Source: an uncultured Nitrososphaerota archaeon (GTDB taxonomy: Archaea > Thermoproteota > Nitrososphaeria > Conexivisphaerales > DTJL01). Taken from it: a stretch of DNA of 64,000 bases. The stretch is from NCBI GenBank assembly GCA_963842885.1, contig CAWJIE010000003.1, forward strand, positions 320,001 through 384,000, given 5' to 3'. Below the pieces are notes generated by a model. That model saw only the letters and a program-made list of their open reading frames with translations. It was not told the origin of the DNA and searched no databases. Below are positions 38,578 to 47,453 of this stretch, piece after piece. Each line of letters opens with the position of its first letter. The stretch's first letter is position 1. The position numbers and the translations under genes are program-made.

Positions 38578-39240
38578 TTGAAGGCACACACGATCGACGC
38601 TGCGCTGTTCGATTGGAGCGGCACGCTGGTCGATGACCTGGACGTCGTCTGGAGGACCAATGACCAGACACTGATGTCGTTCGGCGTCCCGCATCAGGAC
38701 ATTGAGACCTTTAGGGAGAGGTTCATCCTCCCATGGCAGTCCTTCTACGCTCTCTACGGGCTCGGTGACGCGCGGACCCTTGAGGAAGTAGACGCAAGGT
38801 TCTGGAAAATCTACCGTCCCCTGTCGGAGGAGATCAGGCCGTTTCCTGAAACCTTCCCTCTTCTGGCCAAGCTCAAGTCTATGGGAATCAAGACCGCAGT
38901 AGTCACTCAGACCAAGCGAGGTCCTTTGCTCGAGCAAATGGAGAGATTCGGCTTGGTCGAGCTAGTCGACGCGACGGTGGGCGCTGAGGACGCGGAGGAG
39001 CTCAAACCCTCGCCGAAGCCAGTCCTGGCTGCCCTGCGTAAGCTGCACGTGGAGCCGGAGGAAGCGGTCTTCACGGGTGACATGGTCGAAGACGTCTTGG
39101 CTGGGAATAGTGCGGGCGTAAGGGTCATTTCGATTGTGCGAAAGGGTAGTTACCAGACGGAGGAACGTGTCAAATCCGGAAATCCCTACCGCATAGCTCG
39201 CAGCATGAGGGAGGTCACTGACATCATCAAGGGCATATGA
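38578..39240 (+). CDS. HAD family phosphatase (Gph-like)
   Basis: FDWSGTL (second Asp replaced by Ser), KPSP, GD..ED. Confidence 0.88.
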   Translation: MKAHTIDAALFDWSGTLVDDLDVVWRTNDQTLMSFGVPHQDIETFRERFILPWQSFYALYGLGDARTLEEVDARFWKIYRPLSEEIRPFPETFPLLAKLKSMGIKTAVVTQTKRGPLLEQMERFGLVELVDATVGAEDAEELKPSPKPVLAALRKLHVEPEEAVFTGDMVEDVLAGNSAGVRVISIVRKGSYQTEERVKSGNPYRIARSMREVTDIIKGI

Positions 39241-39245
39241 CCTCT

Positions 39246-39428
39246 GCCGGCCGAGCCTTCTTCTTCCAACCGTGTGACGGCGCCGTCCTGGCCTCGCTCA
39301 GTCCGACACGCAATTCGAAGGGCAGGCCAACGACCACACGACTTCAAACAGCCAGTACCAAGTGACGTGCCTTTCCAGCCTAGGCGATGCCCTCATAAGC
39401 CTCTGAGCGACAGGTTAGGCTCACCGGC
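39246..39428. ncRNA. Candidate structured RNA filling the convergent HAD / SelB-like intergenic region
   Basis: Terminal helices GCCGG/CCGGC and GAGCCT/AGGCTC plus four internal 6-8 bp helices. Confidence 0.4.
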
Positions 39429-39431
39429 CCC

Positions 39432-40409
39432 CTATGCAAATGCGGAGACGACACCGCCGCCGATGACCCTGGAGGCGCCAGGTCTGATATTCAGGTCCAC
39501 TAGGACGGCCCGCTGTCCAGCCCAAACTGGCACATGCTTCTGGTATGTGACCGTTATCTTCCCATCCGGCTGGGGAACGACATGGCCAAGGTTCAGGCCT
39601 GATATGGTTTGGACGTGGAGGTCGACGGGCTTACGGATGCCCTGACGGAAGTACGGCGAAGGTCTGAAGTCGATGGTGGCCTGGTGAGAGACCCTGACGC
39701 CTTCGCTGCCGACGCCCACCCCCTTCTGAAAGTCCTCGACGGACGCTCCCTTCAAACAGAGCCCGACTCTGGAACCTTCAGGGGCGAAGCTGACATCGAC
39801 GTCCATGATCTGGATGCTCCTTACCTCAACCTCTTTCCTTTGGGGGAGGATCCGCATGACGTCGTGGGCCTTGACGGAACCTGAGACGACGAAGCCCAGC
39901 ACGACAAGACCGACGCCCTTGACGTTGAACGCTTGATCGACGGAGACGTAGGCCAGGCCGCCGGTCTCTTTGCTCCTCGACCTATCCTCGCCCATCGAGG
40001 AGAAAAGGGAAGGGTCGCCCGAAGACACGACCGGGAAGGAAGACAGCGTGAGGCCTTTGAAGACCTTCTGGGCCATAGACCGCGCAGAATCTGCGTCCCC
40101 TGTCGCTACGATCTTGCCCTGTGACACCTCCAAAAAGTCAAGCATCAGTGCGAGCTCGCCGTCCATCCAGCTGAGCTTGCCTTCCTTGGGCAGGAAGTAC
40201 AGGGCCTCATCTGAGATCGAGGCGATCTTCAGCACGTCCTGAATCTTCCCCGGGTAGGCATTCTCATCGAGGAGTATGAAGCCGCTGCCGCCGCTGGCGT
40301 GGTAGTAGAGGAAGAGGCCTTCCTCTTCGCTGGGATTGCCCAAGTGTGATGCGACCTTCCGCCGCAATGTCGCATCTGAGCCCAAGAGACTGGAAACCGT
40401 TATGGTCAA
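39432..40409 (-). CDS. SelB-like protein (EF-Tu domain II/III, degenerate G domain)
   Basis: VDQAFNVKGVGLVVLG, VRSIQ..D.DV..A..GSRVGL.LKG; no GxxxxGK; start uncertain. Confidence 0.85.
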   Translation of the reverse strand: MTITVSSLLGSDATLRRKVASHLGNPSEEEGLFLYYHASGGSGFILLDENAYPGKIQDVLKIASISDEALYFLPKEGKLSWMDGELALMLDFLEVSQGKIVATGDADSARSMAQKVFKGLTLSSFPVVSSGDPSLFSSMGEDRSRSKETGGLAYVSVDQAFNVKGVGLVVLGFVVSGSVKAHDVMRILPQRKEVEVRSIQIMDVDVSFAPEGSRVGLCLKGASVEDFQKGVGVGSEGVRVSHQATIDFRPSPYFRQGIRKPVDLHVQTISGLNLGHVVPQPDGKITVTYQKHVPVWAGQRAVLVDLNIRPGASRVIGGGVVSAFA

Positions 40410-40527
40410 GTTGCCGGCTTCACGTTTGGAGAGGCGCCCTCCAATCGTTCTAATAACCCTTTTCACAGCGTTCGCAGGCCTCCCAAGATCGAAGGCCGTT
40501 CCGTGGAAAGAACTAGGCGAAAGTGGA

Positions 40528-40617
40528 TGCCGCGGGCAGGATTTGAGCCTGCGACACATCGGTGACTGATGTCGATGAACTTCAGCCGATTGCTCTCCCA
40601 GGCTGAGCTACCGCGGC
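40528..40617 (-). tRNA. tRNA-Phe(GAA) with 16-nt intron at 37/38 (40564-40579)
   Basis: GCCGCGG/CCGCGGC acceptor stem, ATCGG/CCGAT anticodon stem, intron TCAG pairs with CTGA (relaxed BHB); T-loop CTCAAAT. Confidence 0.93.
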
Positions 40618-40731
40618 GCAGATTTGAAGAGCGTTTTCGGGCAATATATCTCCTTTCCGGTCAGAGGAAGATGAAGGAACGATTCTGAGAAGCGGCGACA
40701 GATTAATCAGGCGAGCCACGACCGGTTAGCT

Positions 40732-41277
40732 GTGACCGTTGGTTCCAATCTGAAAGCCGATCATCGTGTGGTCAGGAGACTCGAATCGGTGCTGAGGGTC
40801 ATGGCGGCACGCATTTCCGCGGGGGAGAGGCTCCCCGCCGAGGACGTGGAGGAGGCGATCCGGCTGATGTTCGAGTTCGTTGATTCATACCATCATGTCA
40901 AGGAGGAGGTGGGCCTCTTCCCAGTAATCCAAGGTGCGAGCAAAGAACAGCAGAAGATGGTGTATGCGTTCCTGGTCGAGCATGAATTTGGGAGGAAGGC
41001 CGCGCGCAGGATTGAGCAGGAGTTTTCGTCTTGGGTGAAGGGGGAGGAGGCAGCCGAGCCGCTGGCACGCTTCATCCTGACCTACGCAGACTTCATCAAG
41101 GTCCATACGGCGAAGGAGGACGAGTGGTTCGAGAGCGTCGACGGCAAGCTGCTTTCTGGCACGCTGCAGAGGGAGATCTTGGAGAGGTTCGCGCAGGTCG
41201 AGACACTAGGCCCTTCCGCCAAGGAGAACTTCGGCCGTCGGGTAAAGGATCTGGCAAGGAAGTACCTGAAGAAGTGA
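40732..41277 (+). CDS. Hemerythrin/HHE-domain protein
   Basis: DH, HHVKEE..LFP, EH..GR, H..KED. Confidence 0.9.
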   Translation: MTVGSNLKADHRVVRRLESVLRVMAARISAGERLPAEDVEEAIRLMFEFVDSYHHVKEEVGLFPVIQGASKEQQKMVYAFLVEHEFGRKAARRIEQEFSSWVKGEEAAEPLARFILTYADFIKVHTAKEDEWFESVDGKLLSGTLQREILERFAQVETLGPSAKENFGRRVKDLARKYLKK

Positions 41278-41392
41278 ACCCCCCCCCCGGCCGGATTATT
41301 TCCAGGTTATCACAAATGCCTTATCATCGGAATCACCCGGTCTCGAAAGAGGGCAAAAGCGAAATAAGTGCGCGCCGCCTACGAGACGGGCG

Positions 41393-42373
41393 TTGACGAC
41401 GAAAGAGCTGGTCCGAGGAGTCGCGAGGGGGAGCAGGAAGGACATTTCCAAGGCCATCACCATCCTCGAAGACGGCCTCCCCGGCTCAAGGCGGCTCTAC
41501 GCTGAAATATACAAGAGGGGAGGAAACGCGTTCGTCCTCGGCGTCGCAGGCCCGCCTGGAGCGGGGAAAAGCTCACTGATCAACTGCATCATAAGGGAGC
41601 TTAGGTCCATGGGCCGCAAGGTGGGCGTGGTCGCCGTGGACCCGACTAGTCCCTTCACAGGGGGGGCGCTGCTGGGAGACAGGATCAGGATGGTGAATCA
41701 CAGCCTCGACGAAGGGGTCTACATAAGGAGCATGGCCTCGAGGGGCAGCAGGGGCGGCCTGTCCCGGAGCACGAAGAAGGTGATCGACGTCCTGGACGCC
41801 GCGAAGTTCGACGTCATCCTGCTCGAGAGCGTAGGCATAGGTCAGACCGAGGTGGACATCGTCAAGGTCGCCCAAGCCACTCTCGTGGTTATCATGCCGG
41901 AGATGGGGGACTCCGTTCAGGCCATGAAGGCGGGGCTCATGGAGATCGGCGACATAGTAGTGATGAACAAAGCCGACCTAGAAGGGGCGGACAGGGCGGC
42001 GCTGGAGATCGCTCAGTTCGCTAGGACGAAAGACGGCGCAAGGCCGACGGTCCTGAAGACAGTGGCAAGGACATGCGAGGGGGTTCCCGAGCTCGTCGAC
42101 GCCCTCATGAGGCTGATGGCTGGGGCTAAGGGCAGAGCCAATGTGGAGGGCGGCGCCCTAGAGGAGGTGAGGGAGGCCATAGGGTCGAAGGTCGAGAAGG
42201 CGTTCTTGGATGGCCTCGCGTACAAGCCCAGCTGGACAGAACTGCTGGAGAGGGTTACGCTCCGAGAACTGGACCCCGACTCGGCGGCTGAACTTGTCGT
42301 GAGGGACATGACCTCGAAGTCAAATGGACTAAGGGCGGACGGACCGACGAAACGAGCTCGCGCTCGCCGTTGA
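41393..42373 (+). CDS. meaB: Methylmalonyl-CoA mutase-associated GTPase MeaB/ArgK
   Basis: GPPGAGKS, VDPTSPFTGGALLGDRIRM, ESVG.GQ, NKAD. Confidence 0.94.
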   Translation: MTTKELVRGVARGSRKDISKAITILEDGLPGSRRLYAEIYKRGGNAFVLGVAGPPGAGKSSLINCIIRELRSMGRKVGVVAVDPTSPFTGGALLGDRIRMVNHSLDEGVYIRSMASRGSRGGLSRSTKKVIDVLDAAKFDVILLESVGIGQTEVDIVKVAQATLVVIMPEMGDSVQAMKAGLMEIGDIVVMNKADLEGADRAALEIAQFARTKDGARPTVLKTVARTCEGVPELVDALMRLMAGAKGRANVEGGALEEVREAIGSKVEKAFLDGLAYKPSWTELLERVTLRELDPDSAAELVVRDMTSKSNGLRADGPTKRARARR

Positions 42374-42400
42374 GGGACGTTTACTCATTCCTCCACAGGA

Positions 42401-42841
42401 TCAGGTGTCCGACCCAGATCCCCCACCGCGAGCGTGAGCCCCGCCATGCGAGGCCGTGAGCTTTTCCATTTCTTTCGCCACGAAGGCTGAAATGTCCGAT
42501 TCGGCCTTCAAGTACACCGCCTCTCCCCCTCCGGCTGTGCCGGCCACGGAGAGCCCGAGTGTGAAAGGTGCCAGCGCCCAGGCGGCCAGGCCTGCGAGCG
42601 TGGTGTCCTTGACCATCTGAGATACGTCCCTGTCGATCTCCAGTGTGAAGTCGTCTGGCTCTCCGACAATCCTCAGTGCGAAGGTGACCTTGATGACAGT
42701 CAGAGCCTTCTCCTGCACGGCCACCAGAGTCAGGCGCCTGTGATCGGACTGGACATTGTAACCTCTGAGCAAGAGGAAGGCGCTTACCTTCCTGAATAGC
42801 AGGTCAAGGTCAGCGCCGTACGAAAGGTAGCGCGACCGCAT
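42401..42841 (-). CDS. Hypothetical protein with Gly/Ala-rich hydrophobic hairpin
   Basis: Open frame filling gap; LAGLAAWALAPFTLGLSVAGTAGG. Confidence 0.6.
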   Translation of the reverse strand: MRSRYLSYGADLDLLFRKVSAFLLLRGYNVQSDHRRLTLVAVQEKALTVIKVTFALRIVGEPDDFTLEIDRDVSQMVKDTTLAGLAAWALAPFTLGLSVAGTAGGGEAVYLKAESDISAFVAKEMEKLTASHGGAHARGGGSGSDT

Positions 42842-42930
42842 CCCATTTTCATCGTCGCATGCCTTCCTAATAGCGTTTGGCTCCATCATCAAGCAACGAA
42901 AGGAGGCTACGTCCAGCCCTCCAATCGCAC

Positions 42931-43458
42931 TCACCAGGTGAATTGGCGGTTCAGGTGGGGTATAAGTGCGAGGGTTGTGCCGTGCTGGTAGAGAGCCGTC
43001 CTGTCTATCACACCTTTGGTAAGTATGCCCACCGCACCTAGTCCGTGCTTGACGTCGGATGTGCCCGTGATCCTGTCCATGGCCTCTCCCAGCTCCAGGC
43101 CCTCGTCGACGAGCTTCAGAGACTCGAGGGGGAGCGGGAAGAGCCCTGTGGTGGCACTGGATTCGCGGCCCTTCGCGTCCACTATTGAAACGGCGGCAAA
43201 GGCGTATCGCCGGCAGTCGAACTCGATTATCCCGCCTTCGACGCCTACCGCCAGATCACACTTGGCCAGTTCCTGGGCGTGGACGGCCCTGTTCCGAGCG
43301 CCCCTGAAGGCGTCGTTGCCCAAGGGTTGTGGACTGACGTCGGAGCTGGCTTGGACGCCAATGACCTCCGAGTCGAAATAGGGTTCGAGCGCCAGTCGCA
43401 CCGCTTCCACTTTGACCTTGTTTGTGCTTCCTACTGATACTCTGATGCTGGGTTTCAT
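42931..43458 (-). CDS. yjjX: Inosine/xanthosine triphosphatase (YjjX family)
   Basis: GSTN.VK, QP, GARNRA, GVEGG, GAVGILT.G. Confidence 0.92.
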   Translation of the reverse strand: MKPSIRVSVGSTNKVKVEAVRLALEPYFDSEVIGVQASSDVSPQPLGNDAFRGARNRAVHAQELAKCDLAVGVEGGIIEFDCRRYAFAAVSIVDAKGRESSATTGLFPLPLESLKLVDEGLELGEAMDRITGTSDVKHGLGAVGILTKGVIDRTALYQHGTTLALIPHLNRQFTW

Positions 43459-43531
43459 CGTACGGCGTCTTCAGCGAAGGCTCTCCAAATGAACCTTTCG
43501 AAGGCCAGTCGAGAAGAAAGGCCTGGTGCGC

Positions 43532-43897
43532 TCATAACGTCATGACGTCGTCGTACGAATCCTCGGGGAGGCGCCTGGCCACGTCAGGTGATGTGGCGAT
43601 GATAGTATGGTAGATCTTCCGGTTGTCCCTCCGGAAGCACTTGATCTTCCTGATTCTCGGATCCCCTCGGCGGTAGGTGGTAATGCAGTTGATGAAAATC
43701 GTGTTCCCTTCGAATGCCACCATGATGTCGGGGACATATGACGTTCTCCTCCCACTCTCCAGCGTCACGGTAAAAGGGGGCACGTCATGGTCGTGGGGCA
43801 CTCCCTTCTCGGAAAGGTCCTGGCAGACCCTGTCCTCAAGCTTCGACCTCACGACGTGACCGAAGGAGTTCGTTCGCCCCTTGCGTGACTCTTTCAA
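43532..43897 (-). CDS. PD-(D/E)XK fold protein resembling T7 endonuclease I, ExK motif altered
   Basis: RSKLE..V...L...GV, YVPD, then IFINCIT in place of IFVETKG. Confidence 0.65.
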   Translation of the reverse strand: MKESRKGRTNSFGHVVRSKLEDRVCQDLSEKGVPHDHDVPPFTVTLESGRRTSYVPDIMVAFEGNTIFINCITTYRRGDPRIRKIKCFRRDNRKIYHTIIATSPDVARRLPEDSYDDVMTL

Positions 43898-44142
43898 CGC
43901 ATTGACGAGAATCGTGCCGGCGCTTTAATCTTTCTGAGGGCGAAAGACCGGTTGCGGGCTTCTGGAGCGTCGAACCCGCACCTCCCGCACGGTCTCCTGC
44001 TAGCTCCGCTCGATTTACAGCTCCTGCGCGCCCCGGACGGCGGATGGCGGCACGTTGCGACTTGAACGTCGAAGCGGGGGCCGACGGCCTTCTGGCGAAC
44101 ATCTTTAATAGCTTGAGAGGACATCGAGACCTAGAGTACCAT

Positions 44143-44745
44143 TTGGACTCTGGCTTGGCTCTCAGGACCAAGCGCCTCCTCCTGAGAGACTTCAGAGAGG
44201 AAGACTGGGAATCAGTCCATGTATATGCGTCGGACCCTGAGGTGGTAAAGTATGTGTCTTGGGGTCCCAACACGGAGGAGGAGACCAAGGGCTTCGTCAG
44301 GCAGGCCATGAAGTGGGGGGAGGAGAGGCCCAGGCTGCACTTCGAGCTTGCCGTGATATTGAAGGCCGATGATACACTCATCGGTGGGTGCGGGTTGAAC
44401 TTGTCTAGCTCCCAGAATCGCGAAGGCTACGTAGGGTATTGCTTCAACAGGATATACTGGCACGCAGGATTCGCCACTGAAGCCGTCGAGACGCTGATAC
44501 TCTACGGCTTCGAGCAGCTGGGACTCCACAGGATCTGGGCCACCTGCGACCCCGACAACTTGGCCTCAGCGCGGGTCCTTGAGAAGGTAGGGATGAAACG
44601 TGAGGCGCAGCTTCGGGAGAACATGTGGATGAGGGGGAGGTGGAGGGACTCCTTGATCTACGCGGTGCTTGACAGGGAGTGGTCGGACCTACGTGGAAGA
44701 GATGCCGCCAAGCGGAAGGAGAAGGATGCTGCTGGCGTGGCCTAG
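44143..44745 (+). CDS. GNAT acetyltransferase, RimJ/RimL family
   Basis: LRTKRLLLR, YWHAGFATEA, NLASARVLEKVGM. Confidence 0.92.
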   Translation: MDSGLALRTKRLLLRDFREEDWESVHVYASDPEVVKYVSWGPNTEEETKGFVRQAMKWGEERPRLHFELAVILKADDTLIGGCGLNLSSSQNREGYVGYCFNRIYWHAGFATEAVETLILYGFEQLGLHRIWATCDPDNLASARVLEKVGMKREAQLRENMWMRGRWRDSLIYAVLDREWSDLRGRDAAKRKEKDAAGVA

Positions 44746-44795
44746 GGAGGCTGGGCCTGTGAACAGGCTACCGGCCGGGCTGCGGCAAGGATGAT

Positions 44796-45779
44796 GTGCC
44801 GAGGCGGTTGAGCTTGGATTCCGTAGCTGGCGTCGACATCGGGGCGACGCGGCTTAGGGTGGCATTGGGTGACGGCTCGGGGAAGATCGTGGCCAAGGCC
44901 TCTGAACGAAGCTCTCATCGGGCTTCGCGGACGGCTTTGGGGGAACAGGTCAAGGAGTCTCTTTCGCGGCTGCTCAAAGAGCACGGCTCATCAAGGCTAA
45001 GATGTATTGGCGTGGCCTCCACCGGACCCCTGGACAGAAGGGGCGGAATCGTGGACCCGGCGAACCTTCCCAAGCTGGGTTTCGTGCCGCTCGCGCGGCC
45101 CCTAATTGAAACCTTCGGTTCCGATGTCCTTCTAATCAACGATTGCTCCGCAGCGGCTGTCGCTGAGAAGGAGATTGGCTTGGGGAAGGGATTCGACAAC
45201 CTGGCGTACGTTACCTTGAGCACAGGCATCGGCGCAGGAGTCTTCGTCGATGGCCGCCTCTTGGTGGGAAAGGACGGAAACGCGCATGAAGTCGGCCACA
45301 TGGTCATAGATCGCGAGCAGAGGCTCGTGTGTGGTTGTGGTAAGGGCGGGCATTGGGAGGCATACTGTTCGGGACGGAACATCCCACGACTGGCTCCCCT
45401 TTTACTGGACGACGCTGCTGACGCCCGCAGGGTGGGGGCCCTCACGTCTCCGCAGATCTTCGAGCTTTCAAGGGGCGGCGACAAGGCCTGCGCTAGGGTG
45501 ATCCGGGAGGTCGGACTTCTCAACGCGATGGGCTTCGCCAACATCGTCGACGTCTACGACCCGGAGCTCGTCGTCGTGGGTGGTTCCGTGGCGCTCAACA
45601 ATGTCGACCAAGTGCTGGGGCCAATCAAGGAAAGGATTGGCGACCTAACCAGGAACAGGGTCCCGCCCGTCAAGCTGACGGAGATGGGGGAGGATGTCGT
45701 TCTTTCGGGAGCCCTCCTGGCGGCACTTCACGTAGCGGACTATCACGAGCTGAAGCCTTGGACCTATCCTGCAGACTAG
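44796..45779 (+). CDS. ROK family sugar kinase
   Basis: VDIGAT, NDC, STGIGAG, EVGH, CGCG..GHWE. Confidence 0.93.
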   Translation: MPRRLSLDSVAGVDIGATRLRVALGDGSGKIVAKASERSSHRASRTALGEQVKESLSRLLKEHGSSRLRCIGVASTGPLDRRGGIVDPANLPKLGFVPLARPLIETFGSDVLLINDCSAAAVAEKEIGLGKGFDNLAYVTLSTGIGAGVFVDGRLLVGKDGNAHEVGHMVIDREQRLVCGCGKGGHWEAYCSGRNIPRLAPLLLDDAADARRVGALTSPQIFELSRGGDKACARVIREVGLLNAMGFANIVDVYDPELVVVGGSVALNNVDQVLGPIKERIGDLTRNRVPPVKLTEMGEDVVLSGALLAALHVADYHELKPWTYPAD

Positions 45780-45783
45780 GTGT

Positions 45784-46134
45784 TCAGACCGAGCGAATCA
45801 TCGTCAAGAGCATCTTGAACCTCTTCGCAGCGCGAAGCGAATGCGGCCTGTGCGCGGGTAGGATGATGCCGTCTCCCTGCCCTAGACGGTTGTCGGTGCC
45901 GGCTACGTTGACGTCCGCCTCGCCTTCCAGGATGTAAACTAGGGCGTCGAACGGTGCTGTGTGTTCGCTGAGGCCTTCTCCCTGATCGAATGCGAAAAGC
46001 GTGACGGAGCCCGCCTTGCCTTCAACGATGGAACGACTTACAACGGAGCCAGCTTGATAGGGAACGAGAGAGGAAAGGTTGACCCTTTCGCCGCGGGAGA
46101 GCCTGCCTTTCTTGTCAGACCTCCCTTCGACCAT
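45784..46134 (-). CDS. Cupin-domain protein
   Basis: FAFDQGEGLSEHTAP.DA, PHSL. Confidence 0.92.
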   Translation of the reverse strand: MVEGRSDKKGRLSRGERVNLSSLVPYQAGSVVSRSIVEGKAGSVTLFAFDQGEGLSEHTAPFDALVYILEGEADVNVAGTDNRLGQGDGIILPAHRPHSLRAAKRFKMLLTMIRSV

Positions 46135-46197
46135 GCTTTGCCCTCTGTCTTTGTGTGAGCTGGGAACCTAAAAGCGTTTGTCCATTATCGGAGCTTG

Positions 46198-46950
46198 TCA
46201 GCGGAAGTCTTGGAGGCCTCTCCTTTCTTTTATGAGGCCGAGAACCATGTCGAAATACGTAACGAGGGCGCGGCGAAACTCGACCTCGTCCCAGTCGGCC
46301 CTTGCATTCTCAAGAAACGACTCCACTTCGTTGAATTGCTTTTGACTCTGCTCACCGGAGAACGAGAGGTACTTCTCGTTCTTGCTTTGCATCTCTTCAA
46401 TCCCTTCGGTGAAACCCCTGCGCCGGAGGGATGCGACGGCGAAAGCGTTTCTCACCAGCAGGACGGCATCAACCACGGAATCGCCGGATGGCCTCTCGGA
46501 CACCCAGTCGGCAAAGAATCTCTGCGCATGCTTCAGCTCCCGACCCGACATCGAGGCGAAGACGATGTCGTCGACGATGATGTTCTGGAGGTGGCTGAAC
46601 ACGTCGACAAGAGCTGCTGACTCCCTTTCGTTGAGCCCGTCTCTTTCCGCCGCCTCCCTCAAGACACCGTCGACGATATCAGAGACGTGTGATGGCGACC
46701 CTTGCTCCGTATGGTAGATGTGCGCGAGCTCGTGAAGGATAAGCCCTCCGAGCATCTCCGAGTCGAGGGCCCACTCGGCGATGACTATGCTGTGTTCATC
46801 TCCATCACTCTTGGCGTATCCCATTATCTTCAGGTCAGGGTCCACCTCAACTGTGACCTTGGAGGTTATCGGATAGCCAGCTTTGCCCATTCGTTGAATC
46901 GCCCACTGAAGCGTTCCGGTAAGAGATGTGTCTCCAGGCTCTTCTCCCAA
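46198..46950 (-). CDS. HExxH zincin-like protein (DUF5781-like)
   Basis: LILHELAH.....SPSH followed by NIIVDDI. Confidence 0.75.
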   Translation of the reverse strand: MGEEPGDTSLTGTLQWAIQRMGKAGYPITSKVTVEVDPDLKIMGYAKSDGDEHSIVIAEWALDSEMLGGLILHELAHIYHTEQGSPSHVSDIVDGVLREAAERDGLNERESAALVDVFSHLQNIIVDDIVFASMSGRELKHAQRFFADWVSERPSGDSVVDAVLLVRNAFAVASLRRRGFTEGIEEMQSKNEKYLSFSGEQSQKQFNEVESFLENARADWDEVEFRRALVTYFDMVLGLIKERRGLQDFR

Positions 46951-47333
46951 GAAGTGGTGACCTTAGCGTCGTCTGCACAGGCTTCCAGATAAACACGACG
47001 CCGTTCATCTACGTGAATGGATTTGGAATCGGGAAGGGGAAGCGGACGAGGCCGGCTAGTGTTGCTCGATATCGTCGAGGTATCCTGTTTGCTCTTTAGC
47101 AGGCCCTCTTCTTTGGTCAGAAGGGACCACAGTTTGATGTCATCTTCGGAATTCACAAGAATGTACTGCAAGGAATACGCCCTGATGCCAACTCTGTCCA
47201 GCGCTGCAGGATAGGCGAGGACCTTTCTCCCATACCTGTCTGTCGTAGCCTCCGAGATTGGTTGACTGTATCTCCGTCTTAGCTTCTCGATCTGAAGCTC
47301 CACCTCTCCAAGCTCTTCGGGATTCGCGAGCAC
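46866..47333 (-). CDS. Hypothetical protein (3' end uncertain)
   Basis: Strong SD GGAGGTG before GTG; first ~85 aa protein-like; tail overlaps next gene by 85 nt. Confidence 0.5.
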   Translation of the reverse strand: MLANPEELGEVELQIEKLRRRYSQPISEATTDRYGRKVLAYPAALDRVGIRAYSLQYILVNSEDDIKLWSLLTKEEGLLKSKQDTSTISSNTSRPRPLPLPDSKSIHVDERRRVYLEACADDAKVTTSWEKSLETHLLPERFSGRFNEWAKLAIR

Positions 47334-47453
47334 CCTCCACCTCCCCCCGTGTTCCTCGGACTAAATCGTGCGGTATAACTCGGACAGTCCACAATTCCTA
47401 GGCTTCTAGCTAGAACCCTTTGCTTTCTGGAGAAACGACGCGCCCGGCAGCGT

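Noticed and set aside
43933-43947. Hammerhead-like CTGAGG...GAAA
   Set aside because: No CUGANGA core and no stem II.
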